From Citreicoccus inhibens (lineage in GTDB: Bacteria; Myxococcota; Myxococcia; Myxococcales; Myxococcaceae), in assembly GCF_019039035.1 (NCBI RefSeq), contig NZ_JAHNZT010000030.1, positions 78,099 to 110,098 on the forward strand: a stretch of 32,000 bases of DNA, written 5' to 3'. Below the pieces are notes generated by a model. It was given only the letters and a program-made list of their open reading frames with translations. It was not told the origin of the DNA and did no database searches. Numbering within the stretch: the first letter of the stretch is position 1; every line of letters begins with the position of its first letter. The translations under genes and the position numbers were made by a program. Positions 1 to 9,440 of this stretch are shown here, one piece after another.

Positions 1-566
1 AGGACGGGGACAAGGTGCAGCGGGGCGGCTACAGCGTGCAGGCCGTGGCGGTGGACCACCGCATCAACGCCCTGGGCTACGTGCTGGCCGAGGAGGAGCG
101 CCCGGGCCGCTTCCACCTGGAGAAGGCGCGCGCGCTGGGCGTCCCGGAGGGTCCCAGCTTCGGCAAGCTCCAGCGCGGCGAGGCGGTGACGCTGCCGGAT
201 GGGCGCACGGTGAAGCCGGAGGACGTGCTGGGGGCGTCACGGCCGGGGCGCAAGCTGGTGCTGTCCGGGGACACGCGGCCCTGCCCGGCGCTGGTGAAGG
301 CCTCGCGCGACGCGGACCTGTTGATCCACGAGTCCACCTTCTCCGATGACGAGCAGGAGCGCGCGCACGAGACGCGGCACTCCACGGCACGGGAGGCGGG
401 GCGGGTGGCGCAGGAGGCGGGCGCCCGGCGCCTCATCCTCACGCACCTCTCCAGCCGCCACGACACCGACCCCACGCGCCTGCTCACGCAGGCACGCGAG
501 GAATTCAAGGGACCGCTGGAGGTGGCCTATGACGGCCTCTCCGTCGAGCTGCCGCTGCGTGACTGA
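1..566 (+). CDS. rnz: Ribonuclease Z (metallo-beta-lactamase-fold tRNA 3' endonuclease), C-terminal part; 5' end lies outside the window
   Basis: The frame is open from the window edge (ORF track 15..566). The translation contains DLLIHESTF and RRLILTHLSSRH, typical C-terminal metal-ligand motifs of RNase Z/ElaC. TGA at 564-566. Confidence 0.8.
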   Translation, partial: DGDKVQRGGYSVQAVAVDHRINALGYVLAEEERPGRFHLEKARALGVPEGPSFGKLQRGEAVTLPDGRTVKPEDVLGASRPGRKLVLSGDTRPCPALVKASRDADLLIHESTFSDDEQERAHETRHSTAREAGRVAQEAGARRLILTHLSSRHDTDPTRLLTQAREEFKGPLEVAYDGLSVELPLRD

Positions 567-585
567 GGGTGCACGGCCCACCCTC
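565..585. terminator. Candidate bidirectional hairpin between convergent genes
   Basis: GAGGGTG (565-571) and CACCCTC (579-585) are perfect reverse complements with a 7-nt loop. The hairpin sits between the rnz stop and the stop of the minus-strand lipoprotein gene. There is no U-tract. Confidence 0.3.
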
Positions 586-608
586 GCACGCGCGGCGCGA
601 CCGCGGGG

Positions 609-1133
609 CTACTGAACCTTCAGCGCCTCGGCCTTGAGGGAGGCGGCGGCGTCAGGGTCCACCTTCTGGAGCAGCTCCCACTCCACCTCCAGGTCGCGCT
701 TGCCCTGCGCGTTGCTCACGCCGCCCGGGGACTCCGACAGGTCCGGGCCTCGGCCCTGGGTGTCCGCCGCCGCGCGCGTCTCGGAGCGCTCGCGCTTCCA
801 GAACTCCACCGAGCACTGGCCCGGACCGTGCTCCTTGCCGCGAATCATGTAGGCGCCGAAGGTGGTGCCCAGCGACGAGGCCGCGCTCAGCTGCAACTCG
901 TGGGTGACCGCCTCGTAGCCCTCCTTGCCCGTCCGGAACGAGTAGCCCCGCGCCTTGAGGATCGCGAGCGCCTCGGGCCAGACCTCGGCGATGGGCTTGC
1001 GGTAGACGTGCGTGCCGGCCTTGTCCTCGAGGAAGGCCTGCTGACGGTGGGCGGCGCAGCCCGACAGGGCGAACGCGAGCGCGGAGACCACCCAGAGGGC
1101 GGCAGCGCGAGACGATGACTTCATGGGGTTCAT
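609..1133 (-). CDS. Lipoprotein, function unknown
   Basis: Signal peptide with lipobox: MNPMKSSSRAAALWVVSALAFALSGC. AGGAGG lies immediately upstream of the ATG at 1133, and a second ATG at 1124 sits 9 nt from the SD, so the start could be either. The upstream 120 codons of ORF 609..1493 overlap the ndh leader and look non-coding. Confidence 0.75.
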   Translation of the reverse strand: MNPMKSSSRAAALWVVSALAFALSGCAAHRQQAFLEDKAGTHVYRKPIAEVWPEALAILKARGYSFRTGKEGYEAVTHELQLSAASSLGTTFGAYMIRGKEHGPGQCSVEFWKRERSETRAAADTQGRGPDLSESPGGVSNAQGKRDLEVEWELLQKVDPDAAASLKAEALKVQ

Positions 1134-1320
1134 CCTCCTGGCTCCCGGTCCGTGGGAGCACGGCTCGGGAACATCCCTCAGCACCCGGGTGGACGCCAAG
1201 TCCGCCCCCTCACCCGGCAAGCACCACCCCGCCCGGTCGCCCGCCTCTTCTCCAGCCCTCCCGAGCGAGGGGGCCACGGGTCGCGCTGCCAGTGCGTCCC
1301 GGCCACCCGAGATTGCCCGC

Positions 1321-2688
1321 ATGAGCGAGCCGGGAATCACGCGGAATGGGAGCAGCAGGCCACTTTCCCGGACGAGGCGCCGACGCGTGCTCATCCTGGG
1401 CGGGGGCTTCGCGGGCATGTACGCCGCGCTGCACCTGGAGAAGCGGCTGGCGCGGCGGGACGACGTGGAGGTGATGCTCGTCAGCCACGACAACTACTTC
1501 CTCTTCACGCCCATGCTGCACGAGGTGGCCGCCAGCGACGTGGACCCCGCGGCCATCGTCGTGGCGCTGCGCAAGGTGCTGCCCCACGTGGCGTTCGTGG
1601 AGGGAGACGCCACGCGCATCGACCTGGGCGCGCGCGAGGTCCGGGTGTCACATGGCGAACAGGGTGGGCACGACCACGTGCTCGCCTATGACGACCTGGT
1701 GATGGCGATGGGCTCGGAGACGAACTTCTTCGGGCAGGAGGGCGCGAAGCGCCACGCGCTCACCATGAAGACGCTGGGCGACGCGGTGCTCCTGCGCAAC
1801 CACCTCATCGACCGGTTGGAGGAGGCGGACACGGCCTGCATCACCCGAGGCGACCGCGACCGCGGGGTCACCTTCGTCGTGGTGGGCGGAGGCTTCGCGG
1901 GCGTGGAGACGGCCGGGGCCGTGAACGACTTCATCCGCGGAGCGCTGCCGTACTACCCGCGCATCCAACCCGCCGACGTGCGCGTGGTCCTGGTGCATGG
2001 CGGCGCGGAGGTGCTGCCCGAGCTGGGGGCGGGCCTGGGCGCGTATGCGCGGAACAAGCTCTCGCGCAACGGCGTGGAGGTGCTCACCCACACGCGCGTG
2101 GTGGAGGTGGATGGGCAGAGCGTGACGCTGTCGGACGGCTCGCGGCGGGCCACGCGGACCGTGGTGTGGGTGGCGGGCGTCACGCCGACGCCGCTCCTGG
2201 AGGACCTGCCGTGTGAGAAGCACCAGGGCCGCCTGCGCGTCACCGAGCGGCTGGAGGTCCCCGGCCATCCCGGCGTGTGGGCCGTGGGTGACTGCGCCTC
2301 CGTGCCCGACGTGACGCGGGGCGGACACCCCACCCCGCCCACCGCGCAGCACGCGCTGCGCCAGGGCGTCGCCGTCGCACGCAATGTGGAGGCGGCCTAC
2401 CAGGGAAAGCCGCCGCGCGTGTTCCGCTACCGGATGGTGGGGCAGCTCGCCGCCATCGGCCGCCGCTCGGGTGTGGCGCGCATCCTCGGCCTGAAGTTCT
2501 CGGGCTTCGTCGCGTGGTTCCTGTGGCGCGGCGTGTACTGGTGGAAGCTGCCGCGCGTGGAGAAGAAGGTGCGCGTGGCGCTGGACTGGGCGCTGGACCT
2601 CTTCTTCCACAAGGACATCGTGCAGCTCATCGGCGCGCGCGAGCTGGAGCGCTTCCCCTTGCCCGTCCGCGAGCTCGTGCTGCCGTGA
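1321..2688 (+). CDS. ndh: Type II NADH dehydrogenase (NDH-2) / FAD-dependent pyridine nucleotide-disulfide oxidoreductase
   Basis: Two dinucleotide-binding folds, RVLILGGGFAGMY and TFVVVGGGFAGVE, plus VWAVGDCA. ATG at 1321. The earlier part of ORF 1123..2688 overlaps the divergent lipoprotein gene and is low-complexity. Confidence 0.9.
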   Translation: MSEPGITRNGSSRPLSRTRRRRVLILGGGFAGMYAALHLEKRLARRDDVEVMLVSHDNYFLFTPMLHEVAASDVDPAAIVVALRKVLPHVAFVEGDATRIDLGAREVRVSHGEQGGHDHVLAYDDLVMAMGSETNFFGQEGAKRHALTMKTLGDAVLLRNHLIDRLEEADTACITRGDRDRGVTFVVVGGGFAGVETAGAVNDFIRGALPYYPRIQPADVRVVLVHGGAEVLPELGAGLGAYARNKLSRNGVEVLTHTRVVEVDGQSVTLSDGSRRATRTVVWVAGVTPTPLLEDLPCEKHQGRLRVTERLEVPGHPGVWAVGDCASVPDVTRGGHPTPPTAQHALRQGVAVARNVEAAYQGKPPRVFRYRMVGQLAAIGRRSGVARILGLKFSGFVAWFLWRGVYWWKLPRVEKKVRVALDWALDLFFHKDIVQLIGARELERFPLPVRELVLP

Positions 2689-2773
2689 GCCCGGCATGGC
2701 CCTCTGGGCTCAGGTGCGCGAAAGTGCCCGGCGCATGGCCCCATGGGACGGGGCCCAGGGAAGGTGCGCGACG

Positions 2774-4474
2774 ATGCGGAGACGTCTGGGTTGGGCCTTC
2801 GGTGCGGTGCTCCTGCTGGCGGGCATGACGGGCTGTGCCCGGCGCTCTCCCGAGACACCCTCGCGAGCGAGCGACGCGCACACCACCACGGTGTACGTGG
2901 CCAGGCAGGTGCGCACGCTGGACCCCGAGAAGCCCCGCGCCCAGGCGCTCGCGGTGCGCGACGGCAAGGTGCTGGCGGTGGGGAGCCGCGAAGAGGTGCT
3001 CGCCGCGGCCGGTCCCGACGCGCGCGTGACGGACCTGGGTGACGCCACGGTGGTCCCGGGCCTCACGGACTCGCACGGCCACCTGGAAGGATTGGGCCGC
3101 TACCTCGCGGGCGTGCAGCTGGTGGGCGCGGCGTCCAGGGCGGAGGCGTTGCAGCGCGTGTCGCGAGCGCCCGCCACGGCGCGCCAGGGCGACTGGCTGA
3201 TGGGCCAGGGCTGGGACCAGAACGACTGGCCCGACAAGGTCTTCCCCACGCGCGCCGAGCTGGACGCCGCCTATCCCACCACGCCCGTGGTGCTCAGCCG
3301 CATCGACGGGCACGCGCTGTGGGTCAACGGCGAGGCGCTGCGCCGCGCGCACATCGACAAGAACACCGTGGACCCCTCCGGCGGGCGCATCCTGCGCGGC
3401 CCGGACGGCGAGCCCACCGGCATCCTGGTGGACAACGCCATGAACCTGGTGGAGGCGGTGATGCCGCCCGGCACCCCGGCGCAGTACGCCACGTGGCTCA
3501 CGGCCGCGTTCGAGTACTGCGCGCGCGTGGGCCTCACCGGCGTGCACGACGCGGGCATGAGCCTGCGCACCTTCCGGTTGCTCCAGCAGTGGGACCAGGA
3601 GGGCCGCCTGCCCCTGCGCGTCTACGCCATGGCGGATGGCCAGGGCGCGGACCGCGAGACGTACCTGCGCGAGGGCCCCTACCAGGGGACGCTGCTCACG
3701 CTGCGCGCGGTGAAGCTCATCACGGACGGCGCGCTCGGCAGCCGCGGCGCCGCGCTGCACGAGGCCTACAGCGACGAGCCGGGACACCGCGGCCTGTTGC
3801 TCTTGCCGCCCGACGAGTATGCCCGGCGCGTGCATGACTTCATGGCGCGCGGCTTCCAGGTGGCCACGCACGCCATTGGAGACCGCGCCAACACGCTCGT
3901 GTTGGACACGCTCACGCGCGAGGTCGCGGCGCAGGGCCAGAAGGACGGCCGGCACCGCGTGGAGCACGCGCAAATCCTGCGGCCCGAGGACATCGAGCGG
4001 CTGGGCAAGGGCGGCTTCGTGGCCAGCATGCAGCCCGTCCACGCCACCAGCGACATGCCCTGGGCCCAGACGCGGTTGGGCGCGGAGCGGCTCCAGGGCG
4101 CGTATGCGTGGCGCAAGCTGAAGAACGCGGGCGCGGTGCTCGCCTTCGGCAGCGACTTCCCGGTGGAGCGCCCGGACGTGCTCGCGGGGCTGTACGCGGC
4201 GCGCACGCGGCAGGACGCGCAAGGCCAGCCGCCCGCGGGCTGGCTGCCCGACCAGCGCCTGAGCGGCGAGGAGGCCCTGGAGGGCTTCACCACCGGCGCG
4301 GCCTGGGCCTCGTTCGCGGAAGCGCGGCGCGGTCGGCTGCAGCCGGGCATGGACGCGGACTTCGTGGCGCTCTCGGTGGACCCCGTGGACGCGCCCCCCG
4401 CGGCGCTGCTCACCGGGCAGGTGCGCCTCACGGTCGTCGCGGGCCGCGAGGTGTACGGCGGTCGCACGCCGTAG
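2774..4474 (+). CDS. Amidohydrolase-family metal-dependent hydrolase (YtcJ-like, amidohydrolase_3), lipoprotein
   Basis: N-terminal MRRRLGWAFGAVLLLAGMTGC is a signal peptide with lipobox. HxH metal motif TDSHGHLEG, and later HAIGD, VEHAQ and FGSDFPVE. ATG at 2774. Confidence 0.9.
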   Translation: MRRRLGWAFGAVLLLAGMTGCARRSPETPSRASDAHTTTVYVARQVRTLDPEKPRAQALAVRDGKVLAVGSREEVLAAAGPDARVTDLGDATVVPGLTDSHGHLEGLGRYLAGVQLVGAASRAEALQRVSRAPATARQGDWLMGQGWDQNDWPDKVFPTRAELDAAYPTTPVVLSRIDGHALWVNGEALRRAHIDKNTVDPSGGRILRGPDGEPTGILVDNAMNLVEAVMPPGTPAQYATWLTAAFEYCARVGLTGVHDAGMSLRTFRLLQQWDQEGRLPLRVYAMADGQGADRETYLREGPYQGTLLTLRAVKLITDGALGSRGAALHEAYSDEPGHRGLLLLPPDEYARRVHDFMARGFQVATHAIGDRANTLVLDTLTREVAAQGQKDGRHRVEHAQILRPEDIERLGKGGFVASMQPVHATSDMPWAQTRLGAERLQGAYAWRKLKNAGAVLAFGSDFPVERPDVLAGLYAARTRQDAQGQPPAGWLPDQRLSGEEALEGFTTGAAWASFAEARRGRLQPGMDADFVALSVDPVDAPPAALLTGQVRLTVVAGREVYGGRTP

Positions 4475-4488
4475 CCCGCACCCCCTCT

Positions 4489-5505
4489 TCAGGAGCGCCG
4501 GGGTCGGGCCGCGTGCGCGGCCCCGGCGAGTGCCGTGGGAATCGACTGCCGCATGAGCGCCACGAACGCGCGCAGCCTCGCGGGGTGGAAGCGCGCGGCC
4601 GGGTAGACGATGGAGATGGGCAACGCGGCCGCTCGCCACTGAGGCGCCACGTGCCACAGGCGGCCTCGCTCCAGCTCCTCTTGGAACACCCAGGACGAGC
4701 CCACGCAGATGCCGACGCCCTTCACCGCGGCGCTGCGGATGGCATAGAGGCTGTCCGTGCTCAGTCGAGGCTGGAAGCTGATGCGCTGGACCTCGCCGGT
4801 GTCCACGTGGGTGAGGGACAGCTCGTTGCGGTAGTACGTGCGCAGTGACAGCCAGGGCAGGCGCGCCAGTTCGTCGGGATGGGTGGGCATGGGACGGCCC
4901 GCGAACAGGGACGGCGCGCCGGTGAGGATGCGAGGCACCTCGGCCACGCGCACCGCGACCACGCTGGGGTCGTGGATCTCGCCCACCTGGATGGCGCAGT
5001 CGATGCCATCCGCGATGAAGTCCACCGCTCGGTCATGCAGCAGCCAGTCGACCGAGACGCGGGCATGGCGATCCAGAAAATCCGTCAGGGGCTCCACCAG
5101 CAACGCCTGGCCGAACGCATGCGGCACGACGACGCGCAGCGTTCCCTCGGGCTCGTCGCTCGCGCCGCGCAGGTCGGCCTCCAAGCGCTCCCAGTTCGCC
5201 ACCCACTCCTTCGCGCGCTCGTAGCAACGCGTTCCGTCCTCAGTGAGCTTCATCGCGTGCGTGGAGCGTTGCAGCAGCCGCAAGCCCAGGGAGCGCTCGA
5301 GCATCTGCAATCGCCGGCTCACGGTGGGCTGCGTGGTGCCCAACTGAGCGGCGGCGGAGGACAAGCTCCCCGCGTCCACGATGCGCAGGAACGTCTGCAT
5401 CAGCTCCAACCGGTCGACGTTGGAGGCCGTGGACGACGGGGGGCGCGGAGCGGTCGCGCGCGGACGGTGGGACTTGGGGCGGTGGGGCATGGGGGCGCGC
5501 TTCAC
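4489..5505 (-). CDS. LysR-family transcriptional regulator
   Basis: N-terminal wHTH LMQTFLRIVDAGSLSSAAAQLGTTQPTVSRRLQMLERSLG followed by a LysR substrate-binding fold. GTG at 5505 (alternative ATG at 5490). Divergent from an MFS gene. Confidence 0.9.
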   Translation of the reverse strand: MKRAPMPHRPKSHRPRATAPRPPSSTASNVDRLELMQTFLRIVDAGSLSSAAAQLGTTQPTVSRRLQMLERSLGLRLLQRSTHAMKLTEDGTRCYERAKEWVANWERLEADLRGASDEPEGTLRVVVPHAFGQALLVEPLTDFLDRHARVSVDWLLHDRAVDFIADGIDCAIQVGEIHDPSVVAVRVAEVPRILTGAPSLFAGRPMPTHPDELARLPWLSLRTYYRNELSLTHVDTGEVQRISFQPRLSTDSLYAIRSAAVKGVGICVGSSWVFQEELERGRLWHVAPQWRAAALPISIVYPAARFHPARLRAFVALMRQSIPTALAGAAHAARPRRS

Positions 5506-5512
5506 TCGGGCC

Positions 5513-5529
5513 TATACGTGAAACGTATA
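5513..5529. promoter_or_regulatory. Candidate LysR box (T-N11-A type palindrome)
   Basis: TATACG-TGAAA-CGTATA is a perfect 6-bp inverted repeat. The inner ATAC-N7-GTAT core fits the T-N11-A rule. It lies in the LysR/MFS divergent intergenic region, 8 nt from the LysR GTG. Confidence 0.55.
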
Positions 5530-5611
5530 ACCGCTGTTCCGCGCGTGCCACTACAGACGCAACACGCTCGGACGCATTGTCACCTCGTCCCGCAGTTCCG
5601 AGGTGAAGACC

Positions 5612-6904
5612 ATGTCGTTCATTCGTCCCATACATGAGGCTGTTGGAACCGGCGCCACGCTCAAGACGGGCCCTGACGCCGTGGAGAGCCCCTTCCGGCT
5701 GGCGTCCGCCCGCCCCAGCGGCGACGTGGGCATGTCGCGCGGCCTGCGGCTCTTGCTCGCCGCGAGCGCGGGCATCTCCGTGGCGTCGCTCTACTACAGC
5801 CAGCCGATGCTGGGGGTGATGGGGGCCACCCTGGGCGCGTCGGAGGCCGCGGTGGGGCTGCTGCCCTCCCTCACCTTGCTGGGCTACGCGCTGGGCATCC
5901 TGTTGCTCGCGCCGCTGGGGGACCGGTTCGACCGGCGCCGCATCATCCTCGCGAAGGTGGGCCTGTTGAGCGTGGCGCTGCTGATGGGAGGGCTCGCGCC
6001 GGGCATCGGCCTGCTGCTCGCGGTGGGCTTCGTCATCGGGCTGATGGCGACGGTGGCGCAGGACATCGTTCCGGCCGCCGCGACGCTGGCCCCCGCGCGT
6101 GAGCGAGGCGCCGTGGTCGGTACGGTGATGACCGGCCTGCTGCTCGGCATCCTGTTGTCCCGCGTCGTCAGCGGCGTGGTGTCGGAGCAGCTCGGCTGGC
6201 GCGCCATGTACCTGATGGCCTCGGGCAGCGTGGCCCTGGTGGGCGTGGCGGCCTGGCGTGGACTGCCCCGCTTCCGCCCCACCAGCGCGCTCTCCTACAC
6301 CGCCCTGCTCGGCTCGCTGACCGAGCTGTGGCGCAAGCACCGAGCCCTGCGCCGCGCGGCGGTGGCCCAGGGGCTGCTCTCGGTCGGGTTCAGCGCGTTC
6401 TGGTCCACGCTCGCGGTGATGCTGCATGGCGCGCCGTTCCACCTGGGCAGCGCGGTGGCGGGAGCCTTTGGACTGGCGGGCGCGGCGGGAGCCCTGGGCG
6501 CGCCGGTGGCGGGGCGCGTGGCGGATCGCTTCGGCTCGGAGGTCGTCACCCGCCTGGGCGCGAGCCTCACCGCCGTCTCGTTCGCCCTGATGTTCGCCCT
6601 GCCCTGGCTGGAGCCGCAGTCACGCCTGTGGCTGATTGGCGTGAGCGCGGTGGGGTTCGACCTGGGCGTGCAAATCACCCTGGTGGCGCATCAGAGCCTC
6701 GTCTTCGGCATCGACCCCGCGGCGCGCAGCCGGCTCAACGCGGTGCTGTTCGTCGGCATGTTCATCGGCATGGCGGTCGGCGCGGCGGGTGGCAGCCTCG
6801 TGTTGGCCCATGGAGGCTGGCTCGCCTTGACGGCGCTGGCGACCACCTCGGCGGTGGCGGCCTTGATGGTGCGCCTCACGTCGGGGACTCACGGCGCGCG
6901 CTGA
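5612..6904 (+). CDS. MFS transporter
   Basis: A hydrophobic profile like 12 TM helices. MFS motif A is present: LAPLGDRFDRRRI. ATG at 5612 is preceded by GAGGTG at a 6-7 nt spacing. An alternative start is ATG 5732 (MSRGLRLLL). Confidence 0.85.
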   Translation: MSFIRPIHEAVGTGATLKTGPDAVESPFRLASARPSGDVGMSRGLRLLLAASAGISVASLYYSQPMLGVMGATLGASEAAVGLLPSLTLLGYALGILLLAPLGDRFDRRRIILAKVGLLSVALLMGGLAPGIGLLLAVGFVIGLMATVAQDIVPAAATLAPARERGAVVGTVMTGLLLGILLSRVVSGVVSEQLGWRAMYLMASGSVALVGVAAWRGLPRFRPTSALSYTALLGSLTELWRKHRALRRAAVAQGLLSVGFSAFWSTLAVMLHGAPFHLGSAVAGAFGLAGAAGALGAPVAGRVADRFGSEVVTRLGASLTAVSFALMFALPWLEPQSRLWLIGVSAVGFDLGVQITLVAHQSLVFGIDPAARSRLNAVLFVGMFIGMAVGAAGGSLVLAHGGWLALTALATTSAVAALMVRLTSGTHGAR

Positions 6905-6920
6905 AGGGAAGGAAGCACCG

Positions 6921-8915
6921 TCACGCGAGGGTGGACTCGTAGCTGAGGGCCTGGATGCGGCGCTGGATCTCCTCCTGGACCCGCTGCCGCTCCTTCTCCA
7001 CCCGCGTCAGCTCCTGGCCAATGGCCTCCAGCCGGTCCTCCTGCTCGGTGAGCTTCGCCACGAAGCGGTCCGTCAGCTCGCGCTGCGAAGCCCCGCTGCG
7101 CAGCGACTCCAGGTTGGAGCGGATGCGCTCCTGGTCGCGGAACAGGTGGTTGCGCTCCTCGGTGAGCTGCTCCTGGGTGCGCGTCAGCTCCGCCCGCTGG
7201 CCACGCAGCGCCACCACGTCGCGCAGCGCCTGCGCCACGCCCTGGTCGATGAAGCGCGAGTCGAGGAAGAAGGCCACCTCGTCCAGGCCCACCTCGCCCA
7301 CGTGGTACTGGCGATGCCCCCGCGTGCGCTCGGCGACGGTGAGCTCCTGGGTGGTGCCCGGGGACAGCTCGCGGCGGAAACGCCAGAAGTCATCCGTGGT
7401 CTCCGCGGGCTCGGGCATGTCCTTGAGCTCCCAGCCCGTGCGCGGGTGCTCCACGAACAACACCTGCGCGCGCGTCGACTTGTTGCGCACCAGGTAGCGC
7501 GCGTGTCGCAGGTGGTAGAACTCCACCATCAACGTGCCCCGGTTCACCACGGCGCGGAACACCGGCCCATCCTCCGAGCGGTCCTCCACCGACACCACGC
7601 ACCCCAGCTCCACCGCGTACGGCACGAAGCGGCGGTCCCCGGGCTTCATCGTGTCGAGCATGGCCTCGCCCACGTACGTCTCCGCCTCCGTCACCGTCAC
7701 CGGGCCACCCTCCAACGTCAGGCCCGTGGTGTTGGTGAACTCGATGCACGCCATGGGGTTCTTCTCGCGCGTGGCGCGGTTGTAGAGCAGCACGCGCCGC
7801 CCCTCGAAGGGCCGCTGGAGGATGGGCACCAGCGCGCTCTGGTTGCGGTGCACCGTCACCGGCTGGTCCACGCGGTACTCGAACAGGTCGCCCACCTCCT
7901 GGGTGAGCGTGGTCACCCGCGCGGTGCCCAGCCGCGCCTCGCGCATCGACCGGCTCGCCTCCGGAGCCTCCGCCCGCGCCCGGGAGCGCTTGGGCATGGG
8001 CGCCGGCGCCGCGGCGGCGGGCCCGCCCATGGACCCGGGCAGGCCCCCATCCATGTCCAGCATGGACGCGGACTCCATCAGCGCCTCCTGCGGAATCACC
8101 GGCGCCGCGGCGGCCTCGGTCCGCACCTCCACCACTGGCCGCTGGAGGTAGCGCGGGTTGTAGAGGTCATGCACGAAGGACACGGGCAGGCCCGCGATGA
8201 GCGACAGCCGGACGTCCACCCAGTCCTCGTCCCCCGTGTTGTCCACCAGCGCCCACCCCTGGAGCAGCGGCGCGTGGCCCTCCTCCAGCAGGATGCGGTA
8301 GCTCGTCTTCCACACCGGGGACTCGAGCACGTAGCTCACGAACAGCTCGCGCTCACCCTCCCCCGACGTGAGGATGGACATCCGCTTGGTGTCCTTCTTG
8401 TACGAGGACAGCACCGTGGCCAGATAGAACTCGAGGTCCTTGCGCACCGCCTCGTCCAGGAACTCCAGCTCGGACAACTCCAGCACGTCGAACGTGCGCA
8501 GGCTCCCGCCCACCAGCAGCGTGAGGAAGGGGCGCGCGAGGCTCGTCTCTCCCGCGGCCACCGCCAGCGTGTCCAGCCCGACGATGGCGCCCTCTATCTT
8601 TCCGCCGCCCACGCGCGCCCGCACGCGCGCGCCCTTCACCTGCCCCAGGAGCGCCGTGAGGCTGCCGTCCTCGGGGATGCGGATGGTGGCCTCCGCCAGG
8701 AGCTGCTCCAGCGGCTTCGTCGAGTCATAGCTCACGGCCGACACCGCGCCGCCGGACAGGTCCAAGACGGTCAGCGACTTGAGGACGTCGTTCATGTCGC
8801 GGGCCTTGAAGTCGAGCAGCAAGGGCTCGCTGCCGCTCACCCGCCCCCGACGTTCGAAGTAGCCCACACCGTGCTTGTAGAGGACGACGCGGCGGATGGT
8901 CAGTGCAGGGGCCAT
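6921..8915 (-). CDS. DUF4139-family protein (MuiA-like) with C-terminal coiled coil
   Basis: Central signature SPVWKTSYRILL...ALVDNTGDEDWVDVRLSLIAG is typical of DUF4139. About 90 aa at the C-terminus form heptad-rich coiled coil. GGAGG lies 10 nt upstream of the ATG at 8915. Confidence 0.85.
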   Translation of the reverse strand: MAPALTIRRVVLYKHGVGYFERRGRVSGSEPLLLDFKARDMNDVLKSLTVLDLSGGAVSAVSYDSTKPLEQLLAEATIRIPEDGSLTALLGQVKGARVRARVGGGKIEGAIVGLDTLAVAAGETSLARPFLTLLVGGSLRTFDVLELSELEFLDEAVRKDLEFYLATVLSSYKKDTKRMSILTSGEGERELFVSYVLESPVWKTSYRILLEEGHAPLLQGWALVDNTGDEDWVDVRLSLIAGLPVSFVHDLYNPRYLQRPVVEVRTEAAAAPVIPQEALMESASMLDMDGGLPGSMGGPAAAAPAPMPKRSRARAEAPEASRSMREARLGTARVTTLTQEVGDLFEYRVDQPVTVHRNQSALVPILQRPFEGRRVLLYNRATREKNPMACIEFTNTTGLTLEGGPVTVTEAETYVGEAMLDTMKPGDRRFVPYAVELGCVVSVEDRSEDGPVFRAVVNRGTLMVEFYHLRHARYLVRNKSTRAQVLFVEHPRTGWELKDMPEPAETTDDFWRFRRELSPGTTQELTVAERTRGHRQYHVGEVGLDEVAFFLDSRFIDQGVAQALRDVVALRGQRAELTRTQEQLTEERNHLFRDQERIRSNLESLRSGASQRELTDRFVAKLTEQEDRLEAIGQELTRVEKERQRVQEEIQRRIQALSYESTLA

Positions 8916-9055
8916 GGCTCAACGACCTCCAGGGGTGCTGGGAAAGGATTGGCGGCTCGGTGTATCAATTCAAAACCCAGCCCGCAGCGCCATCCCTCCC
9001 TCCCCGAGGTCGGTCCCATGCGCAATCCCTCTCCTCGCCGCTCACTCGAGTCCGC

Positions 9056-9379
9056 ATGAGGCCCGCGCTCTACACCATCATCGCGGAAGTGGCCCCGGGC
9101 GTGGAGACCGCCTGGAATCAATGGCAGGAGGAGGTGCATGCCCAACGCGTGCTGCGCGAGCCTGGCTTCATCGCCTGCCGCAAGTGGCGGGACGCGGAGC
9201 CCACCCGCGATGGGTGGACGCGCTATGTCTGCCACTATGAGCTGACGGGGCTGGACGCCATGGAGGAGTACCTGGGCAGCGACACGGCCCGCCAGCTGCG
9301 CATGGACTCCGAGCTGCGCTTCGGCGCGATGATGCGCATCTCCCGGCAGATGCTCACCGAGGTGAAGCGCCTGGGCTGA
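9056..9379 (+). CDS. Small DUF4286/EthD-like (dimeric alpha-beta barrel type) protein
   Basis: 107 aa: MRPALYTIIAEVAPGVETAWNQWQEEVHAQRVLREPGFIACRKW... The size and pattern resemble DUF4286. The first 51 codons of ORF 8903..9379 look non-coding. Confidence 0.65.
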   Translation: MRPALYTIIAEVAPGVETAWNQWQEEVHAQRVLREPGFIACRKWRDAEPTRDGWTRYVCHYELTGLDAMEEYLGSDTARQLRMDSELRFGAMMRISRQMLTEVKRLG

Positions 9380-9387
9380 AAAGGCAC

Positions 9388-9420
9388 GGCCCCTCCCCCG
9401 CGCAAGGCGGAGGAAGGGCC
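9388..9420. terminator. Candidate bidirectional terminator hairpin
   Basis: GGCCCCTCCCCCG / CGGAGGAAGGGCC pairs 11 of 13 positions with a 7-nt loop (CGCAAGG). It lies between the convergent DUF4286 and ohr genes. Confidence 0.4.
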
Positions 9421-9440
9421 GGCACTCCACGACGCGCGGC

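Noticed and set aside
1123-1320. N-terminal extension of the NDH-2 ORF
   Set aside because: It overlaps the divergent lipoprotein start and promoter and is Pro/Ser-rich. The Rossmann fold begins about 25 aa after the ATG at 1321, as expected.
2627-4657. 676-aa minus-strand ORF covering the amidohydrolase gene
   Set aside because: Arg/Ala/Gly/His-rich low-complexity translation with no motifs. It is antisense to a gene with clear amidohydrolase motifs, which makes it a typical high-GC shadow ORF.
5240-6442. 400-aa minus-strand ORF opposite the MFS transporter
   Set aside because: R/H/Q/G-rich with no hydrophobic structure. The plus strand has MFS motif A and a 12-TM pattern.
7146-9059. 637-aa plus-strand ORF opposite the DUF4139 gene
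   Set aside because: It has the same shadow-ORF composition (H/R/A/L/G-rich). The minus-strand frame has a family signature, an SD and a sensible start.
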